64,000 bases of DNA, taken from Thermoanaerobaculia bacterium. GTDB taxonomy: Bacteria; Acidobacteriota; Thermoanaerobaculia; Multivoradales; UBA5704. The DNA lies in assembly GCA_035266085.1 (NCBI GenBank), contig DATFNZ010000107.1, forward strand, positions 12,857 to 76,856, read 5' to 3'. The position numbers and the translations under genes are program-made. Of this stretch, positions 32,884-43,467 are shown piece by piece; position 1 is the first letter of the stretch; every line of letters begins with the position of its first letter. The notes beneath the pieces are model-generated. The model had not been told where the DNA came from, searched no databases, and was given only the letters and a program-made list of their open reading frames with translations.

Positions 32884-35217
32884 ATGAACTGGCTGATCGC
32901 CATACTCCCCGGCCTCTGGGTCCTCGCTCTGGCGGCTCTGCTGGCCTGGACCCTCCGCCGCTGGTTCGATCCCGTCCCCGCCCGGTGCTGGGCGGCCTGG
33001 GGCATCGTGCTCGCCGTGATGCTCGGGGCGGAGCTCTTCGCCGGCCGGGTGATGCTGCCGCTCGGCTATCTGACCCGGATCCCTCCCTTTATCGGGCTGG
33101 TGAAGGGTGAGCCGCCGGGCAACCTGCTGCAGAGCGACCTCGTCCTCCAGATCGCCCCGTGGCTGGTGCGGGTGCGCGAGGCCTACGCCGCCGGGGAATG
33201 GCCGCTCTGGAACGCCCTGTCCGGCGCCGGCGAGCCGCTGCTCGCCAATCCGCAGTCGCAGGCGTTCCAGCCCCTGGTCTGGCTGGCCCTCCCCTTCCCC
33301 GTGGCCACGGGCTTCGGAGTGACCGCGGCGCTGCGGGTGCTGCTGCCCCTGGCCTTCACCTGGCTGCTGCTGCGGCGCCAGGGGATCTCGGAGATCCCCG
33401 CTCTGGCGGGCAGCTTCGCCTACGGGCTCGGCGGCTTCCTCCAGCTCTGGCTCGGCTGGCCCCTCTCCGGCTCCGCGACCTTCCTGCCGATCCTGCTCTA
33501 TGGCTTGACCCTGGTGGACCAGCGCGGGGCGCGGCGCGACGGCGTGCTCCTCGCCCTCGCCACCGCGGGCGTGCTGCTCGTCGGCCACCCCGAGACCGGG
33601 CTGCACGTCTCCCTCCTGGCGGCAGCCTTCGCCCTCTCGCGCCTGCTCTCCCGGCCCACGGGACGGCGGCTGGCTCTGATCCGGTCCTGGGCCGTGGCCG
33701 CCGCCATCGGCGCCGCGCTCGCCGCGCCGGTGGCGCTGCCCGCGGTCGAGTACCTTCCCAAGAGCCTGCGCGTCTCTCTCCTCGAGGGACGGCGCGAGCG
33801 CCTCCAGGCCGGCGCGGAGATCGGCGCTACGGCTCCTGAAAAAAGCCCCCGGCAGCATGGCATCGTGGCCCGCCTGCTGCCGAACGCCGCGCCTAACGCC
33901 TTCGGCAACAACCGGTTCGGCGGCTTCTGGGGAGACCGCAACATCGTCGAGGACGCCGCCGGCTTCGCCGGCACGGCGGCCCTGCTCGCCGCTCTCGTGG
34001 GCGCCTGGCCGCTCGTGGCGGGGCGCCGGCTCCCCCAGGAGCGGCTGATGCAGGGCACGGCCCTGATCTGCCTGGTGATCCTGGCTCGCCCCGCGTGGCT
34101 CGTGCGGAGCTTCGAGCTCGTCCCGATCCTCCGCCACTCCCTGAACTTCCACAGCCGGGTCGCCCTGCTGCTCGGCTTCTGCGTGGTCTACGCAGCGGCC
34201 TGCGCATGGGAGCGCTGGTGGCAGGGGGAGGTGCGCTGGCGCGGCCTGGTGCCGGCCGCGGCGGTCCTGGCCGGCCTGATCACCTGGGCCTACCTCGCCC
34301 ACCCCGGCCCGGAGCCCGGGGCCTTCGCCACGCTGCGGTTTGGATCGCTCGCCCTTCAGCTCGCGGCGCTGGCGGCCGCCGTTCTGCTCATGGCCAGGCG
34401 GCTTCCGGCAGTCGGGGGCTGGGTTCTGGCACTCGTGGTGGCCATCGAGCTGCTGGCGTTCCATGCTCCGGCCCACCCGCCCGTCACCGCCGACCTCTAC
34501 TATCCCGTGACGCCGCCCATCGCCTTCCTGCAGAAGCGGCTCGATCCCTGGCACCGGGTCGCCGGGCTGGGGCCGGCGTTGCGCCCGAACTTCGCCTCCG
34601 TCTACGGGTTCGCGGACCCGCGCAGCTCGAACCCCGCCAAGCCCGCGGCCTACCAGGAAGCGATCCGCCGGATCAACGCTTTTCCAGGGCGGGCCACGGA
34701 TGGCTTCTTCGCGCCCGAGGACCCCCTCTACAGCCTGCTCGCGGTACGCTTCCTGATGACGCCGCCGCGGGAATTCCTGCCGAAGCCCTACCGGCTGGTC
34801 TCCCGCCGGGGCGGGGTCTGGATCTATCAGAACCGCGAGGCCCGCACGATCCTCTTCCTGCCTGCCCCCCCGCCTGACGATGAGACTTCCCTGGATCTCG
34901 GGGCGATCCAGCCGGCTTGGCTGCGGGCACGGGTCCGCCTGGCCGAGCCCCGGCTGCTCGCCAGCAGCATCTACCAGGACGGCAATTGGAAGCTGCTGGT
35001 CGACGGGAAGCGGCAGCCGACGATCCTGGCCAACGGCCCCTTCTTCGCCGCCTGGCTGCCCAGGGGAGAAGCGCGGCTCGACCTGCTCTACCGGCCCGGG
35101 AGCTTCGCCGCGGGGCTCGCCGTCGCGGCGCTCGGGCTGGCCGCCGGGGCCGCGCTCTGGGTGCCGCCGCCACAGACCGCCGTCAGGTCCCAGACACGCA
35201 GCAACCGGTCGGAGTAG
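32884..35217 (+). CDS. Large polytopic membrane protein (about 777 aa, YfhO / GT-C-like), hypothetical
   Basis: ATG at 32884. More than 12 predicted TM helices in the N-terminal 500 aa, then a soluble C-terminal domain. Overlaps the convergent GT39-like gene by 130 nt. Confidence 0.6.
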   Translation: MNWLIAILPGLWVLALAALLAWTLRRWFDPVPARCWAAWGIVLAVMLGAELFAGRVMLPLGYLTRIPPFIGLVKGEPPGNLLQSDLVLQIAPWLVRVREAYAAGEWPLWNALSGAGEPLLANPQSQAFQPLVWLALPFPVATGFGVTAALRVLLPLAFTWLLLRRQGISEIPALAGSFAYGLGGFLQLWLGWPLSGSATFLPILLYGLTLVDQRGARRDGVLLALATAGVLLVGHPETGLHVSLLAAAFALSRLLSRPTGRRLALIRSWAVAAAIGAALAAPVALPAVEYLPKSLRVSLLEGRRERLQAGAEIGATAPEKSPRQHGIVARLLPNAAPNAFGNNRFGGFWGDRNIVEDAAGFAGTAALLAALVGAWPLVAGRRLPQERLMQGTALICLVILARPAWLVRSFELVPILRHSLNFHSRVALLLGFCVVYAAACAWERWWQGEVRWRGLVPAAAVLAGLITWAYLAHPGPEPGAFATLRFGSLALQLAALAAAVLLMARRLPAVGGWVLALVVAIELLAFHAPAHPPVTADLYYPVTPPIAFLQKRLDPWHRVAGLGPALRPNFASVYGFADPRSSNPAKPAAYQEAIRRINAFPGRATDGFFAPEDPLYSLLAVRFLMTPPREFLPKPYRLVSRRGGVWIYQNREARTILFLPAPPPDDETSLDLGAIQPAWLRARVRLAEPRLLASSIYQDGNWKLLVDGKRQPTILANGPFFAAWLPRGEARLDLLYRPGSFAAGLAVAALGLAAGAALWVPPPQTAVRSQTRSNRSE

Positions 35218-36755
35218 ATCGGATCGCCCCACCGGCGCGCGAGGTCGCGGGCGAGCCTGGCTGCCCCTTCCCGGAGCATCCGCCGGAGCGGCTGGGAGAC
35301 CTCGAAGTCGGAGATCCGCCCACCGGGCGCCAGCCGGTCCTCCTCCCGCGCCACGTTACGGTGGACGATCAGGTAGCGGGCCCCGCTGCGGCAGAACGCC
35401 TCGGGCTCAGGCGGCACGGCGTTGCGCAAGGCGAGAGGCGGCCGGAAGAGGATGCGCTGGGGCGTCGACACCAGGACCCGTCCACGGTGGGCCTCCTGGT
35501 AGAGGTAGAAGGTGCGGTTCGAATCCCAGACGAAGATCCAGGGATACTCGAGGACCGTCTCTCCCCGCAGTTGCCGGTAGAAACCCCGCAAGGCCTCGGC
35601 CGGCACCTGCCGGCGCGGCTTGTAGAAGCTCATGAAGTCGTTGTGGTGCAGGAACGAGGTCCGGCGGACGGCGGGGTCCGCGAACGGCCCCATCGCGGCG
35701 AGCGCGAAGACGAATACGGCGGCAGCCACTCTCCATGCCAGCCCCGGAAAGCCGAACGCCGCCGCAACCCAGAGCAGGACGAAGGGGAGGATGGGCAGGA
35801 GATAGCGGCCGAAAATGATCGGGCTCGCGAGCCCCACGGGCGAGAGGATCAGCAGGCCCGCGACGTGCCCGCCCGCTACGGTCAGCGTATAGAGCCCCAG
35901 CCGCCGGTCCCGCCGCAGCAGCAGGATGAGCCCGGCCACGGCGACCGCCCAGAAGAGCGCCGCCAGCCAACCCGCGGACGTGCCCGCCTCGAGCCGCAGG
36001 AGGCCCGGCAGGACCTCGCTCCAGGGGACCCCCTGCTCCGCCCTCTTGCTCGCGAGGAGCGCGAGGAGCGACTGGCGCGCCGGCACCAGGAAAAGCGCGA
36101 AGGCGGCGCAGAGCGCCAGCCCCAGCAGGAAAAGATCCCGCAGATCTCTCCCGAAATCTTTTCTCCGCACGAGGGTGTCGCCCGCGGCGAAGAGGAACGG
36201 CGCCGCGACGATCGGTCCCGCCCCGAGGTGGAACCACACCGCCAGGGCCCCCAGCACCACGTAGGCAGCCCCAGCCCCCTTGGAACGGGTGCGCCACCAC
36301 GCCTCGAAAGCCATCACGGCCCCGAAGGCGAAAAGCACCATCGGCATATAGGAGCGGGCGATGCGGCTGTAGAGGATGAGCGCCGGCGAGATGGCCAGGA
36401 GCCACCCGTAGATCTGAACGGTGCCGCGGCTCACCCTTGCCGCGAAGGCGGTGGGCAGTGCGATCAGCGCGGCGAGGCCGCACAGCAGCACGGGCAGCCG
36501 CAGGACCATCTCCGTGGCCGGTACGCCCCACCCCATCAGCAGCTTGTAGACCGCCGTCAGAGGGATGCAGTTGTCGGTCTGCTGATAGGTGACCAGAATT
36601 TTGGACAGCGGGAAGTTGACCGCCGCCCGGATGGCATGGACCTCGTCGCCGCCGAGCACCTGAGCGGGCAGGCTCCAGAGGCGAAGCACCGCCCCGGTCA
36701 GAAAGGGGAGGAGCGCCGCGAGGACGATCCTCCTGCGATCTCGAAGGTCTGCCAA
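35088..36755 (-). CDS. GT-C fold glycosyltransferase, family 39/83-like (PMT/ArnT-type)
   Basis: N-terminal TM helix, then a loop with GGDEVHAIRAAVNF (DE motif of GT-C enzymes), then about 10 further TM helices. Confidence 0.7.
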   Translation of the reverse strand: MADLRDRRRIVLAALLPFLTGAVLRLWSLPAQVLGGDEVHAIRAAVNFPLSKILVTYQQTDNCIPLTAVYKLLMGWGVPATEMVLRLPVLLCGLAALIALPTAFAARVSRGTVQIYGWLLAISPALILYSRIARSYMPMVLFAFGAVMAFEAWWRTRSKGAGAAYVVLGALAVWFHLGAGPIVAAPFLFAAGDTLVRRKDFGRDLRDLFLLGLALCAAFALFLVPARQSLLALLASKRAEQGVPWSEVLPGLLRLEAGTSAGWLAALFWAVAVAGLILLLRRDRRLGLYTLTVAGGHVAGLLILSPVGLASPIIFGRYLLPILPFVLLWVAAAFGFPGLAWRVAAAVFVFALAAMGPFADPAVRRTSFLHHNDFMSFYKPRRQVPAEALRGFYRQLRGETVLEYPWIFVWDSNRTFYLYQEAHRGRVLVSTPQRILFRPPLALRNAVPPEPEAFCRSGARYLIVHRNVAREEDRLAPGGRISDFEVSQPLRRMLREGAARLARDLARRWGDPIYSDRLLRVWDLTAVCGGGTQSAAPAASPSAATASPAAKLPGR

Positions 36756-36802
36756 GAGGTGAGCAGGCTACTTCGGCGCCTGCCGCAAGGCAAGCGCCGC
36801 CC

Positions 36803-37099
36803 TCAGGCCCGTCGGCCGCTCAGCGCGGCATCCTCGAGGCCCGCGGTCCGGAGCTCCTCGCGCAGGACACGGCGGAGAGTGGTCTCGAGGGGCTCCTTCT
36901 GGTCCTGGATGTAATCCCGCAGAGCCCGGTTGATGAGGGTCTGATAGTTGCCGCCGCCGGCGCCATGAGCCTGCGCCCGGAACCACTCGAGGATGTCGTC
37001 ATCCAGCCGGATGGTGATCCGGGTCTTCCCCTGGGACATCGGCTCGACGGGGCCGCGCACGCCGCCGCTGAAGTCGTACTCCTCTTTCATGTCTTTCAT
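36803..37099 (-). CDS. brnA: BrnA antitoxin (ribbon-helix-helix)
   Basis: MKDMKEEYDFSGGVRGP...KTRITIRLDDDILEWFRAQAHGAGGGNYQTLINRALRDYI matches the BrnA family. The start could be the ATG at 37099 or at 37090. Confidence 0.7.
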   Translation of the reverse strand: MKDMKEEYDFSGGVRGPVEPMSQGKTRITIRLDDDILEWFRAQAHGAGGGNYQTLINRALRDYIQDQKEPLETTLRRVLREELRTAGLEDAALSGRRA

Positions 37100-37397
37100 A
37101 TTCGTAGGCCTCATAGGCTGTTCTCTCACGCGGAGTCGCTTTCCGCGCCGAGATGATCCGGACCTTCAACTCGCGCCAGGCATAGACCACCAACAGGATC
37201 TGTGCCGTGGCGCTGGAACCGATGGTGACGAACCGCCTCTCGCCCGCGCTCTCGTCCTCGACCGTGAGGGCGTGCTCATCCGAGAGAACGGTCGTCGCTT
37301 CGGCGAAATCGACGCCATGCTTCCAGAAATTCTCCTTGGCTTTGCTGCGGCTCCACTCATACCCCTCTATTGTATGCACGCTCGTACACTCCGTCAA
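36999..37397 (-). CDS. brnT: BrnT toxin (RelE/ParE-fold RNase), with a C-terminal extension overlapping brnA
   Basis: YEWSRSKAKENFWKHGVDFAEATTVLSDEHALTVEDESAGERRFVTIGSSATAQILLVVYAWRELKVRIISARKATPRER follows the BrnT family pattern (EWDxxKAxxNxxKHGVxFxEA). The ORF runs about 35 aa past the usual BrnT end and overlaps brnA by about 100 nt. Confidence 0.7.
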   Translation of the reverse strand: MTECTSVHTIEGYEWSRSKAKENFWKHGVDFAEATTVLSDEHALTVEDESAGERRFVTIGSSATAQILLVVYAWRELKVRIISARKATPRERTAYEAYEYERHERGVRLQRRRARPRRADVPGEDPDHHPAG

Positions 37398-37510
37398 GCA
37401 GGGCAGCCGTCAAGTTCCGTAGCGGCGCGACCGCCGCATCCCGGAATCCGGAAACGTTCGCTGAAAGACGGTACAGTCTACTTCGGAATGCGCGCGGCAG
37501 AAAGCGGCGG

Positions 37511-39247
37511 CTACATCGAGATCGAGCCTTTGCGGAACTCCGTCTTGTCCAGGTGAGCGTTGACCAGCACGGGCGATCCCGACCGGGCGATCCGCACGGC
37601 CTCGGCGAGCACGGCCCGGGCGTCCGCTCCCCGCTCCAGCAGGAGGCCGCGGCCGCCGTAGCCCTCGGCGACCTTGTGGTAGTCGGTCCTGGCCAGCACC
37701 GTGCCCACGTCGTCCTTGAGGACCTCGATCTGCTCGCGGGCGATCTGGGTCCAGCCGGCGTCGTTGCCCACCACCGCGATCACGGGGATGCCGTGGCGGG
37801 CGAAGGTGTCGAACTCGGCGAGGCTGTAGGCCACGGAGCCGTCGCCGTAGAGGATCCAGACGTCGGCTTCCGGCCGGCAGAGCTTGGCGCCGAGGGCGAA
37901 ACCGCCGCCCACGCCGAGCGTGCCGAAGACGCCGGGATCGAGCCAGCCGAGCGGCCCCCGCGGGCTCAGCGTGTAGGCGGCGGTGGCCACGAAGTCGCCG
38001 CCGTCCACCACGATCACGCTGTCCGGCGCCAGCGCGAGGTCGATCTCGCGGCAGAGGTGGATGGGATTGACCCGCTCTCCTTCGGCCGCCGCCTGCGTCA
38101 CGATCTCCCGGTCCCGCTCCTGATCGCGGGCACGCAGCGTTCCCAGCCAGTCCGTCCAGGCTTGGCCGCGGCCCGCGAGAGCCTCGGCCAGGCCGCGCAG
38201 CAGGAGACCCGGATCGCCGGGGACGGGGAGGTCCGGCTTGCGGTTCATCTTCAGATCGGCCTCGCTCCGGTTGACCGAGACGAGAAAAGCCTTGCGGCTG
38301 ATATGGCGGCCGTAGTCCAGCCGGAAATCGTTGGGGATGCCCGCGAGCAGGACGAGGTCCGCCTCGCGCAGGGCCTCCTTCCGCTTGTGCCGGAGCTGCA
38401 GCCGGTGGCCGGGGCCGAGCAGCCCGCGGGCGCCGCCGGCCAGGTAGACCGGCGCGCCGATGGCGTCGATGGCCCGCGCCAGCTCCTCCGCCTTGTCCCG
38501 GGTGGACGACGAGAGCAGGACCTGCCCGCCCAGCACCAGCACCGGACGCTTGGCTCTGCGCAGCCGGGCCGCGGCCTTGCGCACATCACCCCGGTCGGGA
38601 GCGGGAGGTGGGATCGGCCGGGGCGGCGCCGGAACGTGCTTGTCCGCTCCCGCGAAGAGCTTCGAGGCGTGGCGCTGGAGGTAGAGGCGCATTCCCGCGC
38701 CCGCCAGGCCGCCCCCCTTCGAGCTCGCGCCGTACCACTGGCGCACGAGCTCCTGGTCATACAGAAGGTCGACCGGGCACTCCAGGAACACGGGGCCGGG
38801 CACTCCCGAACGCGCGACCTCGAAGGCCTTCTCCAGCATCGGCACCAGGTCGCGCACCGCCGACGCCGAAGCGGCCCACTTGACGTGCGGCTCGAAGAGG
38901 GCCATCTGATCGATGTCCTGGAGCGAGCCCCGCCCCTTGAGCAGGGTCGCCGCGGCGCCGCCCAGGAAAACGACGGCCGACTGGGCGAGTTGGGCGTTCT
39001 TGACGGCGGTGATGGTGTTGGTCACGCCGGGACCGGCCGTGACGGCCGCCACCCCGGGCACGCCGGTCAGCCGGAAGACCGCGTCGGCGGCGAAGACGGC
39101 GTCCACTTCGTGCCGGACGTCCACCACCCGGATGCCCCGCGCCTTGGAGCCTACCAGGATCGGCGAGATGTGCCCGCCGCACAGGGTGAAGAGGAACCTG
39201 ACCCCCTGCTCCACCAGAACCGCCGCGATCCGGTCTCCGCCGTTCAT
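37511..39247 (-). CDS. Thiamine pyrophosphate-dependent enzyme, acetolactate synthase large-subunit-like
   Basis: TPP N-terminal (Pyr) domain, central domain and C-terminal PP domain with [32 protein letters not shown]. Confidence 0.85.
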   Translation of the reverse strand: MNGGDRIAAVLVEQGVRFLFTLCGGHISPILVGSKARGIRVVDVRHEVDAVFAADAVFRLTGVPGVAAVTAGPGVTNTITAVKNAQLAQSAVVFLGGAAATLLKGRGSLQDIDQMALFEPHVKWAASASAVRDLVPMLEKAFEVARSGVPGPVFLECPVDLLYDQELVRQWYGASSKGGGLAGAGMRLYLQRHASKLFAGADKHVPAPPRPIPPPAPDRGDVRKAAARLRRAKRPVLVLGGQVLLSSSTRDKAEELARAIDAIGAPVYLAGGARGLLGPGHRLQLRHKRKEALREADLVLLAGIPNDFRLDYGRHISRKAFLVSVNRSEADLKMNRKPDLPVPGDPGLLLRGLAEALAGRGQAWTDWLGTLRARDQERDREIVTQAAAEGERVNPIHLCREIDLALAPDSVIVVDGGDFVATAAYTLSPRGPLGWLDPGVFGTLGVGGGFALGAKLCRPEADVWILYGDGSVAYSLAEFDTFARHGIPVIAVVGNDAGWTQIAREQIEVLKDDVGTVLARTDYHKVAEGYGGRGLLLERGADARAVLAEAVRIARSGSPVLVNAHLDKTEFRKGSISM

Positions 39248-39642
39248 CCCTGGTCTCCCATGTCCAGCACGTGACGGTCCAGCGTGAAGCAGGCGAACGC
39301 TCCGGACATCACCACATCCTCTCCCCGCCGCACCTCGACCCCCACCCGGCTCCGGCGGCCGTCCGCCTCCTCCACCGCCGCCCGGGCCACCAGCCGCTCC
39401 CCCACCGTCACCGGCTTCAGGAACCGGACCTCCGCGCCGCCCAGCACCACGTGGGGGTCGTTGACGGCCAGCATGGCGGCGTAGTCCGCCAGGCCGAATA
39501 CGAACCCGCCGTGGACCAGGCCCCGGTCGTCCGCCGCCATCTCGGGCAGGGCGGTGAAGACCACGACGGCCGAGCCCGCCCCGATCTCCAGAGGTTCGCC
39601 GCAGAGGCGGCGGTCGATGGCGAGATGAGTGGCCGGGAGCAA
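39244..39642 (-). CDS. Hotdog-fold (PaaI-type) thioesterase
   Basis: 132 aa. [19 protein letters not shown]... is characteristic of 4HBT/PaaI thioesterases. 4-nt overlap with the downstream TPP enzyme gene. Confidence 0.75.
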   Translation of the reverse strand: MLPATHLAIDRRLCGEPLEIGAGSAVVVFTALPEMAADDRGLVHGGFVFGLADYAAMLAVNDPHVVLGGAEVRFLKPVTVGERLVARAAVEEADGRRSRVGVEVRRGEDVVMSGAFACFTLDRHVLDMGDQG

Positions 39643-39696
39643 GGGCGGATTTCCTCGCGAGGATTATATGCCGTGACCTGCGGTAACCTCCGGCGG

Positions 39697-42546
39697 ATGA
39701 CTGGGATTGCCCTCGAGGACGACCTCCGCCGCTCGGTGCGCGGCGAGGTGCGCTTCGACGCCGGCAGCCGGGCCCTGTACGCGACGGATGCCTCGAACTA
39801 CCGGCAGGTCCCCATCGGCGTCGTGGTTCCTCTCGACGAGGAGGATCTGATCGCGGCGGTGGCCGCCTGCCGCCGGCATGGGGCCCCCCTCGTCCAGCGC
39901 GGCGCCGGCACCAGCCTCGCCGGCCAGTGCTGCAACGCGGCCGTGGTGGTGGACGGCTCCCGCCATCTGAAGGGTATCCTGGAGATCGACCCCGAGCGGC
40001 GGCGAGCCCGCGTCCGGCCGGGCACGGTGCTCGACGACCTGCGCCGGGAGGCCGGGCGGCACGGGCTCACTTTCGGCCCCGACCCCGCCACCCACGCCTG
40101 GTGCACCCTCGGCGGCATGATCGGCAACAACTCCTGCGGCGTCCATTCGATGACGGCCGGCCGGACCTCCGACAACGTCGAGGAGCTGGAGGTCCTCACC
40201 GACGACGGCCTGCGCCTGCGGGTCGGCCGGACCGCCGAGGCGGAGCTCGGCCGTCTTGTCCGCGCGGGAGGACGGCGGGGCGAGATCTACCGCCGGTTGC
40301 GCGACCTGCGGGACCGCTACGCCCCTCTCATCCGCGAGCGCTTTCCCCGCATCCCCCGCCGCGTCTCGGGGTTCAACCTCGACGAGCTCCTCCCCGAGCG
40401 GGGCTTCCACGTCGCCCGCGCCCTCGCCGGCAGCGAGGGGACCTGCGTCACCTTCCTCGAAGCCACGCTCCGCCTGGTGCCCGCGCCCGGGGCCCGCGTC
40501 CTGGTGGTCCTGGGATACGAGGACATCGTCAGCGCCGCCGAGCAGGTCCCGGAGGTGCTGGCCGCCGGGCCCGCCGGCCTCGAAGGGATGGACCGCTTCC
40601 TGGTGGACAACGAGTTCACCCGCCGCTCGTACCGCGAGGCCCTCTCCCGCCTGCCCGCGGGCGGCGCCTGGCTGCTGATCGAATTTGCAGCCGGCAGCCA
40701 GGACGAGGCGGCCGGGCAGGCGCGGCGCTTTGTAGCCTCAATCGGCCGGCCGGCGCTCGTCGTCGAGGATCCCAAAGAGCAGTCGAAGATCTGGCAGGTG
40801 CGCGAGGCCGCCGTGGGGACGACCTCCCGCGATCCCCGCCTCGGCGATGCCTGGCCCGGCTGGGAGGACTCGGCCGTGCCCCCGGACCGGCTCGCTCCCT
40901 ACCTGCGAGACTTGCAGGCCCTCCTGGGCCGCTACGGCTATGGCGCCGCCCTCTACGGCCACTTCGGAGAGGGCTGCCTCCACGCCCGCATCAACTTCGA
41001 CCTGGCCAGCCCGGAGGGAGTCCGCCGGTACCGCTCGTTCCTCGAGGAGGCGGCGGACCTCGTGACCGCTCACGGCGGCTCGCTCTCCGGCGAGCATGGC
41101 GACGGCCAGCAGAGAGGCGAGCTGCTCCCCCGCATGTTCGGCGAAGAGCTGGTGCAGGCCTTCCGCGAGTTCAAGGCCATCTGGGACCCCGGCAACCGGA
41201 TGAACCCCGGCAAGAAGGTCGATCCCTATCCGCTCGACGCGGACCTCCGTCCCAGCTTGGCCCTTCAACGTCCGGAGACCGCCTTCAGCTATCCAGGAGA
41301 TGCCGGCAGCTTCGTTCGTGCCGCCGGCCGCTGCGTCGGCGTCGGCAAGTGCCGCCGCGAGGGGGGCGGCACGATGTGCCCCAGCTTCATGGCGACCCGC
41401 GAGGAGCAGCACTCGACCCGGGGCCGGGCGCGCCTTCTCTTCGAGATGCTGGAGGGCGGCGTGATCCGGGACGGCTGGCGCAGCGAGGAGGTCCGCGAAG
41501 CCCTCGACCTCTGCCTGGCCTGCAAGGCGTGCCGCACGGAGTGCCCCGCCGGGGTGGACATGGCCACCTACAAGGCCGAGTTTCTCCACCACCACTACCA
41601 GGGCCGGCCGCGCCCCAGGGCGGCGTACACTCTGGGCCTGGTCTACTGGTGGGCCCGGCTCGCGGCCCACGCTCCCGGTTTTGCCAGCCGCCTGGGCAGG
41701 TCTCTGAAAGGGCTCGCCGGAGTCCATCCCGGCCGCCGCCTCCCGGCTTTCGCGAAGCAGACCTTTCGGGAGGGGTTCGCACGGCGCGGATCAGGAGGGA
41801 AGGGCCAGCCCGTCCTCCTCTGGCCCGACACCTTCACCAACTTCTTCCAGCCGGAGATCGCCCACGCCGCGGCCGACGTCCTGGAGGCCGCCGGCTGCCG
41901 CGTCTCGATCCCCCGCCGGATCCTCTGCTGCGGCCGGCCTCTCTATGACTTCGGCATGCTCGATCTCGCCCGCCGCCAACTCCAGCAGATCCTCGAAAGC
42001 CTGCGGCCGGAGATCGAAGCCGGCGTCCCGGTGGTGGGCATGGAGCCGAGCTGCGTCGCCGTCTTCCGCGACGAGCTGGTCAACCTCTTCCCCGAGGATG
42101 AAGCCGCCCGGCGCCTCTCCGTCCAGACCTTCACGCTGGCCGAATTCCTGGTCCGCGAGGGCTTCGAGCCGCCGCGCCGGAGCGATATCGCGGCCACCGC
42201 GATCGTGCAGGGCCACTGCCATCACCACGCGGTCATGGGGATGGAGGCGGACCGGGCTCTCCTCGGAAAGCTTGGATTGGACTTCGAGATCCTGGACTCC
42301 GGCTGCTGCGGTATGGCCGGGGCGTTCGGCTTCGAGCGCGACCACTACGACGTCTCGATCGCCTGCGGCGAGCGGGTCCTGTTCCCCGCCGTCCGCCAGG
42401 CCGGCGCGGAGACCCTGATCCTGGCCGACGGCTTCAGTTGCCGCGAGCAGATTTCTCAGGTCACCGGACGGCGGGCCCATCACCTGGCGGAGGTTCTGCG
42501 TGCGGCCTACCCCTTGCCCGCCGCCAGAACCAACGCAAGGCCATGA
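39697..42546 (+). CDS. FAD-linked oxidase fused to a 4Fe-4S and cysteine-rich (CCG) domain (D-lactate / glycolate oxidase-like)
   Basis: N-terminal FAD-binding PCMH domain (GAGTSLAGQ...), C-terminal FAD-oxidase domain ([16 protein letters not shown]), ferredoxin-like [12 protein letters not shown], then two CCG-type repeats. Start at the ATG at 39697, or at the GTG at 39673 (GAGGA 10 nt upstream). The upstream part of the track ORF is antisense junk. Confidence 0.85.
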   Translation: MTGIALEDDLRRSVRGEVRFDAGSRALYATDASNYRQVPIGVVVPLDEEDLIAAVAACRRHGAPLVQRGAGTSLAGQCCNAAVVVDGSRHLKGILEIDPERRRARVRPGTVLDDLRREAGRHGLTFGPDPATHAWCTLGGMIGNNSCGVHSMTAGRTSDNVEELEVLTDDGLRLRVGRTAEAELGRLVRAGGRRGEIYRRLRDLRDRYAPLIRERFPRIPRRVSGFNLDELLPERGFHVARALAGSEGTCVTFLEATLRLVPAPGARVLVVLGYEDIVSAAEQVPEVLAAGPAGLEGMDRFLVDNEFTRRSYREALSRLPAGGAWLLIEFAAGSQDEAAGQARRFVASIGRPALVVEDPKEQSKIWQVREAAVGTTSRDPRLGDAWPGWEDSAVPPDRLAPYLRDLQALLGRYGYGAALYGHFGEGCLHARINFDLASPEGVRRYRSFLEEAADLVTAHGGSLSGEHGDGQQRGELLPRMFGEELVQAFREFKAIWDPGNRMNPGKKVDPYPLDADLRPSLALQRPETAFSYPGDAGSFVRAAGRCVGVGKCRREGGGTMCPSFMATREEQHSTRGRARLLFEMLEGGVIRDGWRSEEVREALDLCLACKACRTECPAGVDMATYKAEFLHHHYQGRPRPRAAYTLGLVYWWARLAAHAPGFASRLGRSLKGLAGVHPGRRLPAFAKQTFREGFARRGSGGKGQPVLLWPDTFTNFFQPEIAHAAADVLEAAGCRVSIPRRILCCGRPLYDFGMLDLARRQLQQILESLRPEIEAGVPVVGMEPSCVAVFRDELVNLFPEDEAARRLSVQTFTLAEFLVREGFEPPRRSDIAATAIVQGHCHHHAVMGMEADRALLGKLGLDFEILDSGCCGMAGAFGFERDHYDVSIACGERVLFPAVRQAGAETLILADGFSCREQISQVTGRRAHHLAEVLRAAYPLPAARTNARP

Positions 42547-43387
42547 CGACGGCGGCGATCACCAGCCCGATCGGCAGGAGGACGACGACGAAGAAGATGG
42601 CGGCCTCCAGCAGCCAGCGCAGAAAGCCCACCAGGGTCCGGGCGCTGGAGCGCAGCGTATCGCCGGGGCGCCAGGCGTCGCCGGCGACGGGTTTGGCGGC
42701 CTCGGTGGGCACCAGCTCGAGGTTGATCGTGGAGAGGGCCGCCAGCTTGTCGAAGGAGTTGAGCTGGGTGCGGATCTGCTCGATCTGCGAGCGGACCTCG
42801 ATCAACTGCTGATAGACGGCCATGATCTCCTCGACCTTGCGCGCCCGCTGACGCGACTCGGCCAGGAGGGCCCGCAGCTCGGTCTCGGTGGCCTCGAGGG
42901 TGCGCATGCGAGCGTCGAGGTCGATGTACTGGTCGGTCACGTCGTCGACCTGCTGCTGCTCCTGGTCGACCCGGATCGCGAGGGCCCGGATGGCCGCCAG
43001 GGCCTCGTCCAAGCGCTCGGCGGGCACGCGGAGCGTCAGGCTGTAGTACATGAGCTCGCCCCGCCGCTGACCGTTGGAGCTCCCGACGAACCCTCCAAGG
43101 CGAGTCGCGAGGGCCTGCACCTGCGCCGCCGCGTCCTCCGTATCCTTCACCTCCAGTTGCAGGTTGACCGTCCGGATCAGCTTGCGGGCGAGCGCCGGCG
43201 CCCGAGTATCAGAGGGAGTGGCGGCAGGCGCGGCTTTCGACTGGGACGCGTCGGTGGCCTCGCGCGAGGGCTCGGGGGCGGCCGCCGAGGAAACATCGGG
43301 AGCCTCTTCTCTCATGGCTGCTTCTTTCTTGCATGATCCAAGCAACAGGAGAAGGATCGCCACGGGCAGGACCGGGAGAATCTTCAT
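42461..43387 (-). CDS. DUF4349-like lipoprotein
   Basis: ATG at 43387 with GGAGG upstream. Lipobox LLLLLGSC. Central coiled-coil (TVNLQLEVKD...INLELVP) and a C-terminal TM helix, the typical DUF4349 architecture. Overlaps the convergent oxidase gene by 86 nt. Confidence 0.65.
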   Translation of the reverse strand: MKILPVLPVAILLLLLGSCKKEAAMREEAPDVSSAAAPEPSREATDASQSKAAPAATPSDTRAPALARKLIRTVNLQLEVKDTEDAAAQVQALATRLGGFVGSSNGQRRGELMYYSLTLRVPAERLDEALAAIRALAIRVDQEQQQVDDVTDQYIDLDARMRTLEATETELRALLAESRQRARKVEEIMAVYQQLIEVRSQIEQIRTQLNSFDKLAALSTINLELVPTEAAKPVAGDAWRPGDTLRSSARTLVGFLRWLLEAAIFFVVVLLPIGLVIAAVVMALRWFWRRARGRPHAEPPPGDGPAVR

Positions 43388-43467
43388 CGCCACCTCCACC
43401 GAAAGTGGAGCCAGTATGGCATGATGAATCCTTGCAGACCCACTCCTGAGCTGAGACGGAGGTGAGA

